NCBI GenBank assembly: GCA_009602735.1
Contig: WELA01001079.1
Coordinates: 62,001 to 126,000 of the forward strand
Reading direction: 5' to 3'
DNA length: 64,000 nt
From: Mesotaenium endlicherianum
Lineage: Eukaryota
The notes beneath the pieces were generated by a model. It did not search any database, had not been told where the DNA came from, and saw only the letters and a list, made by a program, of their open reading frames with translations. Below, in pieces: positions 48,168-61,700 of the stretch; within the stretch, counting starts at the first letter, position 1, and the number at the start of each line of letters is the position of its first letter. The translations under genes were made by a program, and so were the position numbers.

Positions 48168-51100
48168 TGTCATGATTTATTGCGTCGAGGTTGTCGTATA
48201 AAAACCAAGCTCCACATGTGCGAAACATCAACCTAGGAAGGCCAACTTTGCATTGACTTTACGCATCCGTATGTTGATCGTTTCTAGATTTCCGAGTCAC
48301 CAACTTGTAACGTGTTGAAGCATCTTCCGAGTGACACCAATTTCGCGTCATTTGGTCAAGTATCGAGCGAGATGGGTGCGATCTAGTCCGCGCCACCTAC
48401 CGGTCCCCAGCGGAACTTTCCCAACGCCTAATTTGTGACTCAATGTCCTCAAAGGTGACATTGTTGGCTCTTCGTGACCCCAAGCTTTGTGCGCACAAAT
48501 TCGCGAGCCCCTTAGCCTACATAAGCTTTGTATTTCCATAGTATATGTGCATCATTGAGGCTATAACTTGGTGACTCCATCACCTACTCCTAGAGGAAGC
48601 TTCCTCAATTTCCAGATCCACTTTTGAGGCGCTATCTAGGTAGAATCACCCAAGGTAAGCTCGGCCAATGAGGACCACGTAGCATATCCTACACACCTTG
48701 CTTTGATTGGTTTGAGTTATGCTTAGCCTATAGGAGTGCTAGTACATGCCTTGTACACATTAGTGGACATAGGAGAGCCTCCTAGAGTGACTACATGCAT
48801 TGGATCCGCCGCATACCCCGCCGGATTTCCAGGAGTATAAGTACTAGAGATGTCCCTAGAAGAGACATCTTTTAGAAGTCCATTATGCCAAATGTAAGTA
48901 ACGGAGATTATCAGTAAAGCTTACACATTTATCTCTTGTGTTACTTACTACTTAGTTACTCTCTTGTGAATAGCAAGCCCTCCAGGCTTCTAGTCACTTG
49001 AAGAACTTCACAAGTGGTGAGCAAAGTCACAGCTTAAACCCTTGCCATAGGACTACACTGAAGATCATGATGTGCTTCCAGTTTTCTTTTGGGCCATACT
49101 TTATTAGTTGTTTTCCTACTAGATTACAGTCTTGAGGTGCTCACTCTGGAGAGTACACATTCCTTACTTCTAAAAGATCTCTCTTTGCCTGCAAGCAATT
49201 TGAACCTTCAGCGTATGCCTACCCGTAGTGGGCTTTCTTATCAGCCATACTACGAAGGGGTTAGTGGAGAAGACTCAGACTCAGATCTCAGCACTATCAC
49301 TGAACCCGCCGAAGAAGAGCAACCTGCTCTCCAGCACACAGCAGTTGCTTCTGAGCCATCTCCCCAGTGGGCTCACTACAATTTCTGGTATCCCATGGCA
49401 GGTGACCACGAGGTCAGGACGGACAGGTCTGCCTATCGCTTCAGCGGTAGGCCAGGCACCTGTGATCTGGAAGATACCATCTCGGAGTTTCAGGCTGACT
49501 TCGCGGCTGCAAAGCTCAAGACACCCACGCTGACTAAGCGCAACGTCTTTGACACGCTTATGCGCTACCTCTCGCACGAGGGCTGCGACACCTTTCATGA
49601 GAAGGAGGCCGAGCTCCGGACCCGCACTGAGTTTGTGGGTGACCCACCAGTGGCGATCCTGCTAGCTAATCCAGTGCAAGCCTTCTGGAACATCCTGAAG
49701 ACAGAGTTCCAGGCTGCAACTGAAGAGAAGATGGACGAGCTGCACCATTTCTTTCCACGCAAGAATGAGACTATCCGCATGATGTACCGCCACTTGGTGC
49801 ACCTCCGCCGCGATGTCGGCACTGTCACTGACCGAGAGGCCGCGGGGATCTTCTTGCGCGCCGTTGAGCCGCGTTTGAGGGAGAGGGCCGTAGTCCCCCT
49901 CATCAACCGTCACGATTCAGAGTATTCTTTGGCCTACCTCTCCATTGAGAAGCAGAGCTTGGCCGCCGCACGGAGCAACATTAGCGATCGTGTGGGCTTA
50001 GCATCCACGGGCGTGCGCCAGGAGGCCTAAGTGCTGCCGTCTTCTACGACGCGCACGACGCCTGCCCGCCAGCCCCAATCGCAGCAGCAGCAGCCTCAGC
50101 GCTCTCAGCTGCCACAGCAGACGCAGCAGCGCGGAGCTACGCGTGGCCGCATTTCCATGGCTGCCACCACGAGCGATCCCTGCTGGTCTTGCGGGAAGAC
50201 GGGCCACTCACGCCAGAACTGCACTCTTGCGCAGAATGGCAAGCCCGGCGACTGCACCTATTGTGGCAAGGCCGGCCACCTGCAGATCGTCTATCTGCAG
50301 AAGAAGCGCGACGTCGAAAACGGACGCGCTCGCGATGGCCCTACGCCTTCAGCAGGACAGCGAGGCGCACGCAACCCTCGTACGGGTGGCCGCCCCGCGA
50401 TGACAGCAGCTACGGCCACGACAAACGCCGCATTGATGCCTGGAGTCGACTACTGCAGCTTCGACGACGTCAACGACGCCCTCGTGGAGGCCAATGCGGA
50501 GATCGCTAGACTCCGTGGCCTCGTTGACGTCGATAACTATGACGCGTGCGGAGCACTCCTCGCGTTCGCTCCACCGTCCTACGCCACGGAACTGACAGCT
50601 GGCTCACGCACAGCTTCAACGCACACATCAGGCTCAGCGGCAGCGCCGCAGCCCTGCGCACGTCCGCGTTACGACGTAGCGCCCGCTGCCAGAGCTGCAG
50701 GCGCCCGCACAAGCAGCTGTGCTAGCCCTGTGCGCATAACTCTGACAGCTGTCAGCAGCGACAGCCAAAGTCCCGACAGACTGTCGGATGGCAGGCTGCA
50801 CAACTGCGCGGATGCGCCAGCTCCCGGCGCAAGCTCGCGCGCACGCGGGCCAGCCCGCGGGCCAGCCGAGGCCCCTACAGAGCCCCTGGCTTGCGCTTCC
50901 CTGCTGGCACCAGCAGGCCTCCCGCCGGTCCGCGTAGCGACAGCTGGCAGGCAGGGACAAGGGCACCTGGCGGCGTGCACGGCTACAACGGGTCCGGCCG
51001 CAGCCTTCCACTCCGTCCGTGCGGCACGCCCATGCGCAGCTCTGCGCACAGTCAGGGACAGCCGGTCCCCGCTGGCTGCTGCAGACAGCAGGCTCCAGCA

Positions 51101-53990
51101 GAATCCGCCACGTGGCACGTGCACGGTAGGCGGGGCCGCCTCTGCCGACAGCAGCATGCACGCACGCACGGTGGCTCACACGCGCGCCCAGCGCACTGCG
51201 CTGCCAGGTCCATGGTGCACCCGGCGACGCCAAGACGTCGTCACAGCGGCAGCTGCAGCTGCGCACAGCAGTTGCACCCACGCGCTGCCAAGTGGCGCGT
51301 GCNNNNNNNNNNNNNNNNNNNNNNNNNNNNNNNNNNNNNNNNNNNNNNNNNNNNNNNNNNNNNNNNNNNNNNNNNNNNNNNNNNNNNNNNNNNNNNNNNN
51401 NNNNNNNNNNNNNNNNNNNNNNNNNNNNNNNNNNNNNNNNNNNNNNNNNNNNNNNNNNNNNNNNNNNNNNNNNNNNNNNNNNNNNNNNNNNNNNNNNNNN
51501 NNNNNNNNNNNNNNNNNNNNNNNNNNNNNNNNNNNNNNNNNNNNNNNNNNNNNNNNNNNNNNNNNNNNNNNNNNNNNNNNNNNNNNNNNNNNNNNNNNNN
51601 NNNNNNNNNNNNNNNNNNNNNNNNNNNNNNNNNNNNNNNNNNNNNNNNNNNNNNNNNNNNNNNNNNNNNNNNNNNNNNNNNNNNNNNNNNNNNNNNNNNN
51701 NNNNNNNNNNNNNNNNNNNNNNNNNNNNNNNNNNNNNNNNNNNNNNNNNNNNNNNNNNNNNNNNNNNNNNNNNNNNNNNNNNNNNNNNNNNNNNNNNNNN
51801 NNNNNNNNNNNNNNNNNNNNNNNNNNNNNNNNNNNNNNNNNNNNNNNNNNNNNNNNNNNNNNNNNNNNNNNNNNNNNNNNNNNNNNNNNNNNNNNNNNNN
51901 NNNNNNNNNNNNNNNNNNNNNNNNNNNNNNNNNNNNNNNNNNNNNNNNNNNNNNNNNNNNNNNNNNNNNNNNNNNNNNNNNNNNNNNNNNNNNNNNNNNN
52001 NNNNNNNNNNNNNNNNNNNNNNNNNNNNNNNNNNNNNNNNNNNNNNNNNNNNNNNNNNNNNNNNNNNNNNNNNNNNNNNNNNNNNNNNNNNNNNNNNNNN
52101 NNNNNNNNNNNNNNNNNNNNNNNNNNNNNNNNNNNNNNNNNNTTGCGGAAGGCTGCGAGGACGGCGCTGTGACAGGCCCTGCGGCAGGATGCGTGGCAGG
52201 TTTGCCGGCTGCGCCAGCAGCAGCCATTTTGGCCTGCTGCGCACGCGCACAGCCACTCGGCAACCGCTTTGCAGTCGGGCGCGCGAGCCGCGAGCACACG
52301 CTCGCAGCACCGGCCAGTCGGCCCGTTGTTTTGCAGAAGCGCGTCGGGCCAGACCAGGGACGACGGACGGAGGAGGCACCGCGGTTGCCTTGTTCCTTCC
52401 GCATCCTAGAGCCCTCTACGACCCCAACAGAGCCGACGCCACATGCGCTCGCTTCACCTATGACGACGGTGCTGCTCAGCGCCGAGGTCATCTCGCTCGC
52501 ACTGCACCGCATGCCGGCGGTCTCCTTCGCAGAGCTCGGTGTCTCCATGGAGGCAACAAGGCAGGCCGCTCAGTTGATGCTCCAGTCGCGCAGAGCCACG
52601 CTGCGCACCGCCGCCAGGAGGCCAACGGCCGATGCCGCCACCGCGGTGCGATCCACGCCCGCGCGTCCTGCGCATGAGCGCAGGATGATCAGCACTCCTA
52701 ACACCGCGTTTTTGGATAATTTGCAGGGGATCGTGCTCGTCAACACCCAGGCGCCGCAGCGCATCATGTTCGATACAGGCGCGTAGCCGGTTCTCATCAG
52801 CCTCCGCTACTTGCGTTAGCTAAGACTCTCTTCCGCCGACTTGGAGGACTCTCCGACGCGCATTAACCACGCCGCCGGCACGTCCGAGACCGTCGTCGGC
52901 CGCACGAGCTTGGCGCTACTGTTCACTCTGCGCCCAGGCACGGCAGACGAGACAACCATCCATCGGCACGCACTCGTCACTCCTTCCGAGTCCTTCAATG
53001 TGCTTTTAGGGCAGGACGTGCTCTTTCCCATTGGCGCCGCGGTCGACAACTGGGCGGAGCGCGTCTTCTATCGTCTCGACTGGAGGACAGGGGGGACGCG
53101 CACCGCATCCTTGCCCCTTGACATTGTCGATCGCCGCCCAGTAGTGTGCGCTCTTTATGGCTTCATGGGGCTAGGCAATGGCCGGCCAGTGGTCAAGACC
53201 GATAAGGACGGGCCCGAGGACGAGGAGATCTCTGTGGGGGTGGACCTGCTCGAGCCACAGGACGAGGAGTCGGACCTACCTAGTGCCGAGCTCCACCTCA
53301 CGCCGCAGCAGCAGGCGGATGTCCTGGCAGCCCAGGCCAGGGAGCAGATCCGCATCTGCACTGCCCACAGCGCGATGATGCGGCAGATGGCGGACGATGC
53401 CACTGAGGCCCTCGCCACGGCTAGCACAGCCATCGCTGTCGCCGTCCTTGCTCGCGGTGCGGTCGCAGCGCCTACGGCTCATCAGGGGGTCTCGGCTTCT
53501 CGAGGCAAGCCGTCCGCGAGGACCGACGTCCGCGTTCACCTTGACGTGCCGGTTGGCGTGGCCATTCAGTACAGTATGGACTCTCAGCCGCCCCATCACG
53601 ACGCCTTGCATCAGACCGGCAAGACCTGGCCTCGCACCACGGCATCCAAAGACGAGGCCATGCGGCAGGCAGCTGATCCTGGGAGATCCGGCGACCAGTC
53701 CCTCAAGAGTGAGGAGGAGACACAGTGGGAGCGACTGCCAGAGGCATTCGTCGAGGTACTCAGCGCGGCGCCACCAGAGGAGCCCCCCGCCAGCTGCGCC
53801 TACGGCACGCCGGCAGCGCGCACCTATTGGTCCCCTTGGCTTCAGCGCACCCAGCCAGCCCATGACTCACGACTGGCCCAGCAGGGCTCGCACCGACGCC
53901 GCTGGACCCAGCTAACCAATGTCACACGACTGCTCGACGAGCCACGAGTGTCGCCGCATCGCGCATTTGTTTGCGACGAGCCGGGCGTTT
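48168..53990 (+). mobile_element. Family D copy: intact left end, gag and protease; truncated before the DNMT
   Basis: Starts TGTCATGA; gag begins MPTRSG at 49215; CWSCGKTGHSRQNC, CTYCGKAGH, IMFDTGA and LLGQDVLF. Contains the gap at 51303-52142. Confidence 0.88.
51303..52142. other. Assembly gap
   Basis: 840 N. Confidence 1.
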
Positions 53991-55606
53991 AGAAGTCTCC
54001 ATAGGTGGCAAACTAGTCCAATTCGTGACATTATTGAGGGGTTGGACATGGTAAACAAGCAAAGAGATACATCCTGACAAGGAAAACCAGCTAAAACTAA
54101 GTTTGTGTCAGGTGGAAATTCGTTGAGAGCAACGATATCTTCTACCTAGCAAACACGCGAATATTTTGCTGCAAGAAGCTTGCGAGAAGCGGGGACTAAT
54201 TCAGCCATCAAAACAAGGTCGTGCCCTTGTGCTACAAAGAGTAATCCAAAGCCTCCTAATCCAGTTACAGACTGCAAATCCTCATGACAAAAGTGAATCA
54301 GAGGGTTCACAAAACAGTGAGCATGAAATGGAAACATACTTCACAAGCAATGGCTCAAGTAGATACAACTTCAAAATGATAGAGAATATTCCGATACAAA
54401 TTCCTGCACAATTTGCACTTGCAGAAAGGACAAAGCAGCGTACCACGTGCATGATCTCACGAACCCCAATCACTATTGTACAAATATTATACGTAAAAAA
54501 TTTTCACTCGTCTCGGTGGTCATCTTGTTGATGTTACGGACTAGGGGAGGTTCTATCTACCACTCACATTCTCCATATGCTACAAATACTACTTATTTAC
54601 ACCTCACACACATTATACACTCAAAAAAAATTAAATATTGCATGGACTTGCTTTGTCTTCAATCCTCTCCTGTCCTCAAAATGCCTGCCGATATTGAAGC
54701 TATGTTTTTTTGCAGGTTTTTCGTCTAACTTCTGCTCAAAATGTCACCCATCCCAGCTTAGGTGGATATTGCTACGCTGAATGTGGAACAATAGACTAAT
54801 GTCCATAAAGTTGAGACGTGGTAGAATCATAGTGTGCAATATGTATTCCCAATAACAAAATCACATACCTCAGGTTTTTTATTTGGTGACCCCTCTTTTG
54901 ACGTTTTCTTCCTGCACAAATTACCACTGCTACTTAAAGAGAATGAGCAAGCCATGGCAAGCAGAGTACATCTGGGGACATGAATCAATATCACATGTGT
55001 CTCTAGTCCAAAAGGGAGGCACACCTTTTCCAAAACTCTTTTTGTAATAACTTGTGCAACTATGAGCTTTACATAGCTTCAGGAGCATGGCCTCATACAA
55101 TTCATCCTTATTTCCTGAGAACAGCACATCTTCAAAAAAATGGTTCAGGTATTCAATTTGTGTTTGGCAAAGCCTCCCTAGTCTCTCGCTTTATACATGA
55201 GTCATTTGATGATGAATATTTGGGGCTTGTGTGATACGGCGCTCTATTTCATCTTTTGAGTCCTCTTCACATTCCTGATGCGTTAGTTTTTTGTGCGTTA
55301 AAAAACTTGTATCTTTCCCACCCCTGCTCAAATTGTCCAACACTCCATCGCATAATGAGTCACCTTTGCAGAATGTTGTGATATCTTAAATCTTGTGATA
55401 TCTAAATGCTGCTTTAATGATGGTCTGTGGTGTATGAGGAAGGCTAAACAAAGGAATGAAGTCTTATACACAAGCCTCCTTGCTTTTTCCCCCACCTGCT
55501 GTCTTAGCTTCGTTCCTTGGGAATGCATGCTCTAGCTTGCAGCCTACTCGTAGTTCCACGCTCGCGATGTTTGTATCGAAACCTCGCATGCACGATAAAG
55601 TTTTAA

Positions 55607-58600
55607 CACTAGGTATCCCATCGGACCATATGTGGTCTAGCTAACCTCTATTTTTCAGCGCTAACCTCCAACGTGCTACAACTCACCAAATGGTACAATC
55701 TATGGCTTAAGCAAACCATACAGACTTGAACCTTGGGGGAAAAAATGCAAAATGGTCTTTCAATCATTAACGACAAAGTTAGAGTCAAAAGAGTGAGGTT
55801 CAAAATTCAGGCTCACAACAAAATTTCAAGTGAAAAGTCTGTCATACCCGAGGTCACTAAGAAGCTTTTTGAGCCATAGCTTCTTCTTCAAATGCGCCAA
55901 AAACTGTTTTGGGTTGTAAATTACTCAACCCTGCTACCTTCAGGGGAGATGCATGGGCGAAAAAGACATTTGGACAGTTTTTCTTAATCGAAATTGTGAA
56001 AAAAGAGGTTGTGAGGACTAAAAAGGAGAACTCATGGCTTATTTAGTGTTGTATGACAAAGAAAAGAAGCAATGGGAGGCATGGCAGGTCAGGCAATACC
56101 TATTTATTGTGCCTGAAGAGTCCAGATTTTATTCCGAGCCGCATGTAGTTCGTTTTGGCTCGATTTCCTCAGGGGCCTCTTCACTTGCAAATTCTAGGGA
56201 GGCTAGCAGTCAAGGTCTGATTTCTCTCTCCCAAGACCTGAATGATGACTCCCAGCCAAGAGCTAATGATGTTGATGAGGAGGAGGAGGAGGAGCAAGAG
56301 GAGGAGGAGGAGGACGAGGATACTATGAGGAAGAAGGGCAGGCCTGACATCAGAAAGGATAAGCAGGTGCTGCTTACTGTTCCTATACATACAAATGAGA
56401 AAAGGGAGAGGAGGAGGAAACCAAACTAAGTTAGAAGAAGAGGAATAGCAGCAGGTATAAGAAGGTTGCAGGTGTCAGTGATGAGGAGTTGCATTCCTCT
56501 GATAGTGAGCTGGAAGAAGAAGGAGATCGCTGGGAGAAGGAGCACCTTCGAGAAGATACAGCTGAGGAGGAGTACAATTGGAGACCTCCAGTTCATGGTG
56601 AGAAGTATCCATGGAGGCAGCAGCCATGTGGCTCTTCAACCTCTGGACTGAGAGGAATCAATCCTGACATTTTTAAAGTACACTCCCTTTGCTGTGTTGT
56701 GCCTGTTCATAGGCATAGATTGGTTTGAACTGCTTGTCAATGAGACAAATCCACATGCAAACTTGAACAAGGCCAAAGATTGGAAGCCGGTTACTCTCAC
56801 TGAGATCGTTGTATGGCATGGTCTTTACCTTGCCATGGCCCTGAACCCTCTGCCTAGGATACCTTATTATTGGAGGTCTGATACAAGTAGACCCATCAGG
56901 TTTCCTTCCTTTGGAACCTTCATGTCCAGGATCAAGAGGCAAAAGATATAAGTACATTTTCACCTAAAGTCAAACTTAAGTAGGGGATGCTTTTCTAAGA
57001 CCTCTGGGACCTACACGCTGTGGCAGTGTCTGCTTTTCATATATAGGTTTAGGCACAAGTTCAAAGCCCACTACAATCCTGCACATGACATAACAATAGA
57101 TCCCCCTTAGAAATAGAAATTGCCCTGTGAGAGTGTACATGCCAACGAAGCCACATAAGTTCGGTATAAAGTTGTTTGTGGCCTGTGATAGTACCAACCA
57201 CTACTGCTCTGAATTCACAGTGTTTGATAACGAGCCTGGCAAGTCACAGGTTGTTACTGTTTTAGACTTGATTGATGTCTGCCAGACAAACAGACTTACT
57301 CTTTTGTCCTGGATAGAGGCTTCACATTGCCGACAATCCAGAAAGTCCTAGCTGAGAGAGGTCATGTAGCAACTGGCACGGTTATGCCAAAAAGAAAAGA
57401 CATGCCTAAGATCCTACATGGTAAAGGAAGTGCCTTGGTATTGCCCATCCCAAGAGGTCATAAAAAAACCAACTCAGGGAGACTACATGGCTCTTGTGTG
57501 TGATTTCCCGGGGCAGATTGCTATGGTCTGGCAAGACAAGATGCTAGTGCACTTTCTGTCCACAGTTGCTGGTCTTGAGGTGAATGAAGTTGAGAGGAGG
57601 CAGAGTGATGGGAGTTTGAATACCATAAGTGCCCCAGACATTGTGGTGCACTACAACAAACACAAAGATGTTGTCGATCAATTCGACAAACTCTGTGTGA
57701 GAGATTACTATTTTGTCGAGAGTGCTGCTGTCAGCTTCTAGTGGTGGCATAAACTATATTGGGGTTTGTTTGATGCTGCCCTGGCCAATGCCTACATCCT
57801 GTACAACCTGGCCCATCCTGAGAGTGAATGGTATCCTTTCATGTTAGATGTTGTCGCGGAGATGACAGAGTTTCATGATCCACATGAGGGGAGGTGCTTT
57901 CGCTGGAGTGCGGGGCGGGCTGGAATGGAAAGGTTCCTAGGAAGACACTTCCCTGAGCACGTTCCAAGAGCCTCTAGACCAGGGTGTGTAGTGTGTAGGA
58001 GCAAGCTGTGTGACCTAGGCCATGAGAAGAGCAAGGTGAGGCCTAGCTATTGGTGCGCGACGTGTGAAGTAGCACTTTGCCCCGCGCCTTGCTTTAAGGA
58101 GTACCATACCAACAGGCACATAGCACATGTAAATAGTGGCCCCTACAAGCTGACTAGCACTAACAAGTAGGACTGTAGAGCAGAGACACTGCAACAGAAA
58201 CATATATGAAAGACATTGTGCTTCATAAAGATTTTGCTTCATGTGTGCAAAGCTGTCCATTGTGCGATAATTGGCAATTATTATTTATTTTTAATTATTT
58301 AATTCAATATTTTGTATCTGACTGTTTATACGTAAAGGAAGACCTTACTTTCAAGCTCCACTTTATAGATTACTGTTTGCATGTGTAAAGAATAAATTAT
58401 GAATTATGTACTGTGATGCTTTGTTGCATGAGGCACTACAAAGTACGAAAAATACCCGGATCCCATATGGTCCACTAAGTACAGAGTGTACCTGCACAAA
58501 GCTATTGATTAGAATAAAGTGAAATTTGTTTCATATGATAGGTGAGACACATGCCTACTCCAGATTAAATCAACAACTACTGGTTCAAATCCAAACTCAT

Positions 58601-58835
58601 AGTGTGTGAAGTCAAAGTTGGCCCTATTTGCTCGTTTCTTGTTACCGTACTCGCTTTGAATGGAAAATACACCTTTCCTTTCCAAAAATTGCGGGCCACA
58701 TGGCCAGTGCAATACCTTGTGATGTATGCTTTCTAATGGTCTATCACACATAGCTTCCGTGGTTATTTCAATATAGTGCGACTTGGGTGGTTCATTATTG
58801 GACCATATATGCACTTTTCCTTTAGAGACCTAGTG
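55607..58835 (+). mobile_element. piggyBac-superfamily DNA transposon (3229 bp)
   Basis: TTAA|CACTAGGTATC ... GAGACCTAGTG|TTAA, with subterminal GGACCATAT motifs near both ends. Confidence 0.92.
56034..58170 (+). pseudogene. piggyBac transposase with C-terminal Cys-rich domain
   Basis: YMPTKPHKFGIKLF, WQDKMLVHFLST, YNKHKDVVDQFD and CVVC...YWCATCEVALCPAPCFKEYH; many frameshifts. Confidence 0.92.
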
Positions 58836-59928
58836 TTAAGCACCCAAAAGTGCAACATCGCCCCAACAAAATCAGTTACAACTTACTACTTTGTGAAGTG
58901 ATTGTGAGGTGCTTGCATGCGAGAGACTTCAAGCTAAATGCTCTTCGAATAAAAAATCATAACTCTACACTACTGCAAAACATTTGGCGGTTCACGGGTG
59001 GTCACGGGCGCGTGCAATCCCAAGGCCGTACAAATTATGATCTGTAGTTGGTCAGCGTTCATACACCTTCGACCACCTTTGACGCCTTAGACATGCTTAG
59101 ACAAGTTGGATTAGAGTCACGCACCATGGCACGTGCAATGGGAGAGCAAGCAGTATGTCGAAGCAGAGAGCAAATTTATCACGCAGTTCATGATCAGAAG
59201 CATGCAAATGAAATGGTCTCTCCTGCCACTTATGTCCACCTTAATCTCTTGTGCTACGACTGAATTAAGTTAATCTTGTCGAAGTTATGACCATTGAAAA
59301 GATGGCAGAGCGCTACCTCAAAGCCCTCAACGTTACTGCCTTGCTTGGCGTTTGCGACAAAATTCTGCATGGCTTTATGGCTCAATACATTTAACAGGGA
59401 GAATCCTATGTAGTATTACAGGAAAAATGCAATTCATCATTGACTGCAAAAGGCTTCATAAGGGACACATGAATATCAACCATTGTAAGTATTTCCTTTT
59501 ACCTTCAGCGCTCCTTGTACAAGTCTCTCCAACGTGCAATCCCTATCCTTAAAGAGGAACCCCATACTTGAGAAGATCCACATACACCTGGAGTTAAAGC
59601 ACCCTCCTGCGCCGTGCGTGCATTCGGGATGGCCAAGGTGAACGAGAGCATGAAAATTTTATCTTTAACAGGCTGAGTTTGGATAAAGTCTTTAAATTGT
59701 TTTACTCACAACCTTGCAACCACTGGCAGGATAATCGAAGAAGTGGAAGTGCGTGATACACAATTAGATTAGAGCGGATGGAGGTGCGTTCTCTCAACTT
59801 ATTCCCCTGAAATGCCTCTAATTGCTCATGTGAGAGGTGTGCTTTGATCCACCGCCATAACACAGCATACCATATGCAGGGAGATTAATCCAAGTGCACA
59901 TTGTTGTGGCAGTGAGTGTGACGTCAAC

Positions 59929-61700
59929 AATGGTCAAGGAGCAGACCAAGTTTTTGACGTTTACATCGCCGATAAAGAGAGACAAAGAAGAAGACAGGCA
60001 GAAGGAAAGGGCACGCACATCTCAAAGCTGAGCAAAAAGCACAACGAGATTATGCAGGACATTGTGCTTGAAGGTGCACAAGAGGTAGTTTGGAGACACC
60101 ACAACGAGAGTTGCACAAACTGTAGCGTGAGGGATGTAATGAGAGTTTGCAAGGGCTGGCACAGTCTGCTTCTCAAGAGCAGCAAGAAGGTTGCCTCCTA
60201 CTGCGTGAATAACAAGTGGGAGAAAGCTCTCCAAGGACTGGGGAAGCTGAAGAATGTGACAGACGTTTAGATATACCTCAGGTGCGGCACCGATAGTGCC
60301 AACTTCCTGGAAGGCTGGGGAACAGGTACCCCTGAATCACGTCTTTCCATTTCATTCTGGAGGAGTATGTGGTCATTATGCAGCACCTGGCGGAGTTTGT
60401 GAGGAGGAGAAAGAACGTGCGCCATCTCAATATCGTTTACGACAACTCATGCACATTTGATACAGAGTAGTGCGCAGAGGCGGTTGGCATCAGGAGGCAG
60501 CTGTCATACATCGAGACCATGAACTTCGGCCCTGTCGACACATTACAAGTGCTGGAACTGAATTTCTCCAATCTATCGTGGGCGTTTGTAGGGCAACCCG
60601 ATCAGATTCTCCCCATTAGCCCGACCATCATGCATTCACCACGGCTACGAAAGTTTGCTCTCGCTTCTCCTACACATTGGAGCTGGATTTCTGCGCTTGA
60701 CTGGCTGGCCGATTGCACAAAAGTTGTTGCCTTGGATGTAAATCCAAGCAAGCTTGAGCCAATTGGTGTGTTGAGCACTTCGCAGTCCATGTCGGCAAGG
60801 AAGCAGCTGATTCTGGAATACAATGAGGTATGCAATTCCCCTATTATTAATAATATATATAATGTCATGCCTTCATAGCATGATTGAAGTGGAATTACAT
60901 GCATTCATTATCCAATTAGCTGTTATATGAGTTTTGCTCTAAGTTCACAATCCATCATGGATGCATAACTCGTTGGACGACCTGAGAGAGGAGCTGAAGT
61001 TGCTGGCAAGGACTTCAAGTTTGACAACGCTGGAGGTGCAATAGGAGGCTGGCCATTACGATTGCAAGGACCCTTGCACGCCACTGCCCCTGCGTCTGCC
61101 AAAAATCGGGAGAACTCTGACTCTCAGGCGCCACTCCTTTTTTGGACTTGAGAGTTGCTTGGACGACATGGAGGCGGTTGCCCTCACAACAACACGTGTA
61201 GGCTTTGAATTCTTTCAATCTACTCCCAATGCTACCACTGTTTGCTTGACCTAGGCAGGTGCCCCTATCTGGCCAAGATTCACGTTCTTGCCAGCGGTGA
61301 AGCACTTGCACGTTGACTTGCTGTACAACGTAAACAGTCCGGTCGATTGCCCACCTCTTCCCTTAAATGGGGCCTGGGCTCAATTATTGGAGACTTTAGT
61401 GGTGGGCAACTATCAATTGCTGAGGTTGATACAAGGGCTGGCAAACCTTCGTAGCCACCCAGCAGTGACCATCTATTGCACCTGTAGCTGGAGTAACGCT
61501 GGAAGTTTGTCTAGTTGAGTGGATGCGTGACTGGCCAAGTCCCAACTGGAATAGAAAGAAATTTGTCGACGCTCAGAGGTACGCGGACAAGTCTTGCTGC
61601 GTGTACAGCTCGTTCAAAGCTTTCAAAGATGGCTCACTTGAAGAAGGTAACCCGCATTGCCTTAATTTGGAGCCAGAAAGCATGCGTAGGCTACTGAAGT
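59929..61700 (+). pseudogene. F-box-like gene with Leu-rich C-terminal region, copy 1 (disrupted)
   Basis: EIMQDIVL...DVMRVCKGWHSLL resembles an F-box, followed by LQVLELNF / LRKFAL / VKHLHV segments. In-frame stops are present. Confidence 0.55.

Noticed and set aside
47876..49167. DIRS-type inverted terminal repeats or a MITE
   Set aside because: There is no tyrosine recombinase, and the inverted repeat is explained by one family D copy nested in another.
50031..52786. Several 370-710 aa ORFs
   Set aside because: Their length comes from 840 Ns.
54150..55300. SAP-like peptide (LQEACEKRGL) and possible transposase remnants
   Set aside because: Too short and fragmented to call without a search.
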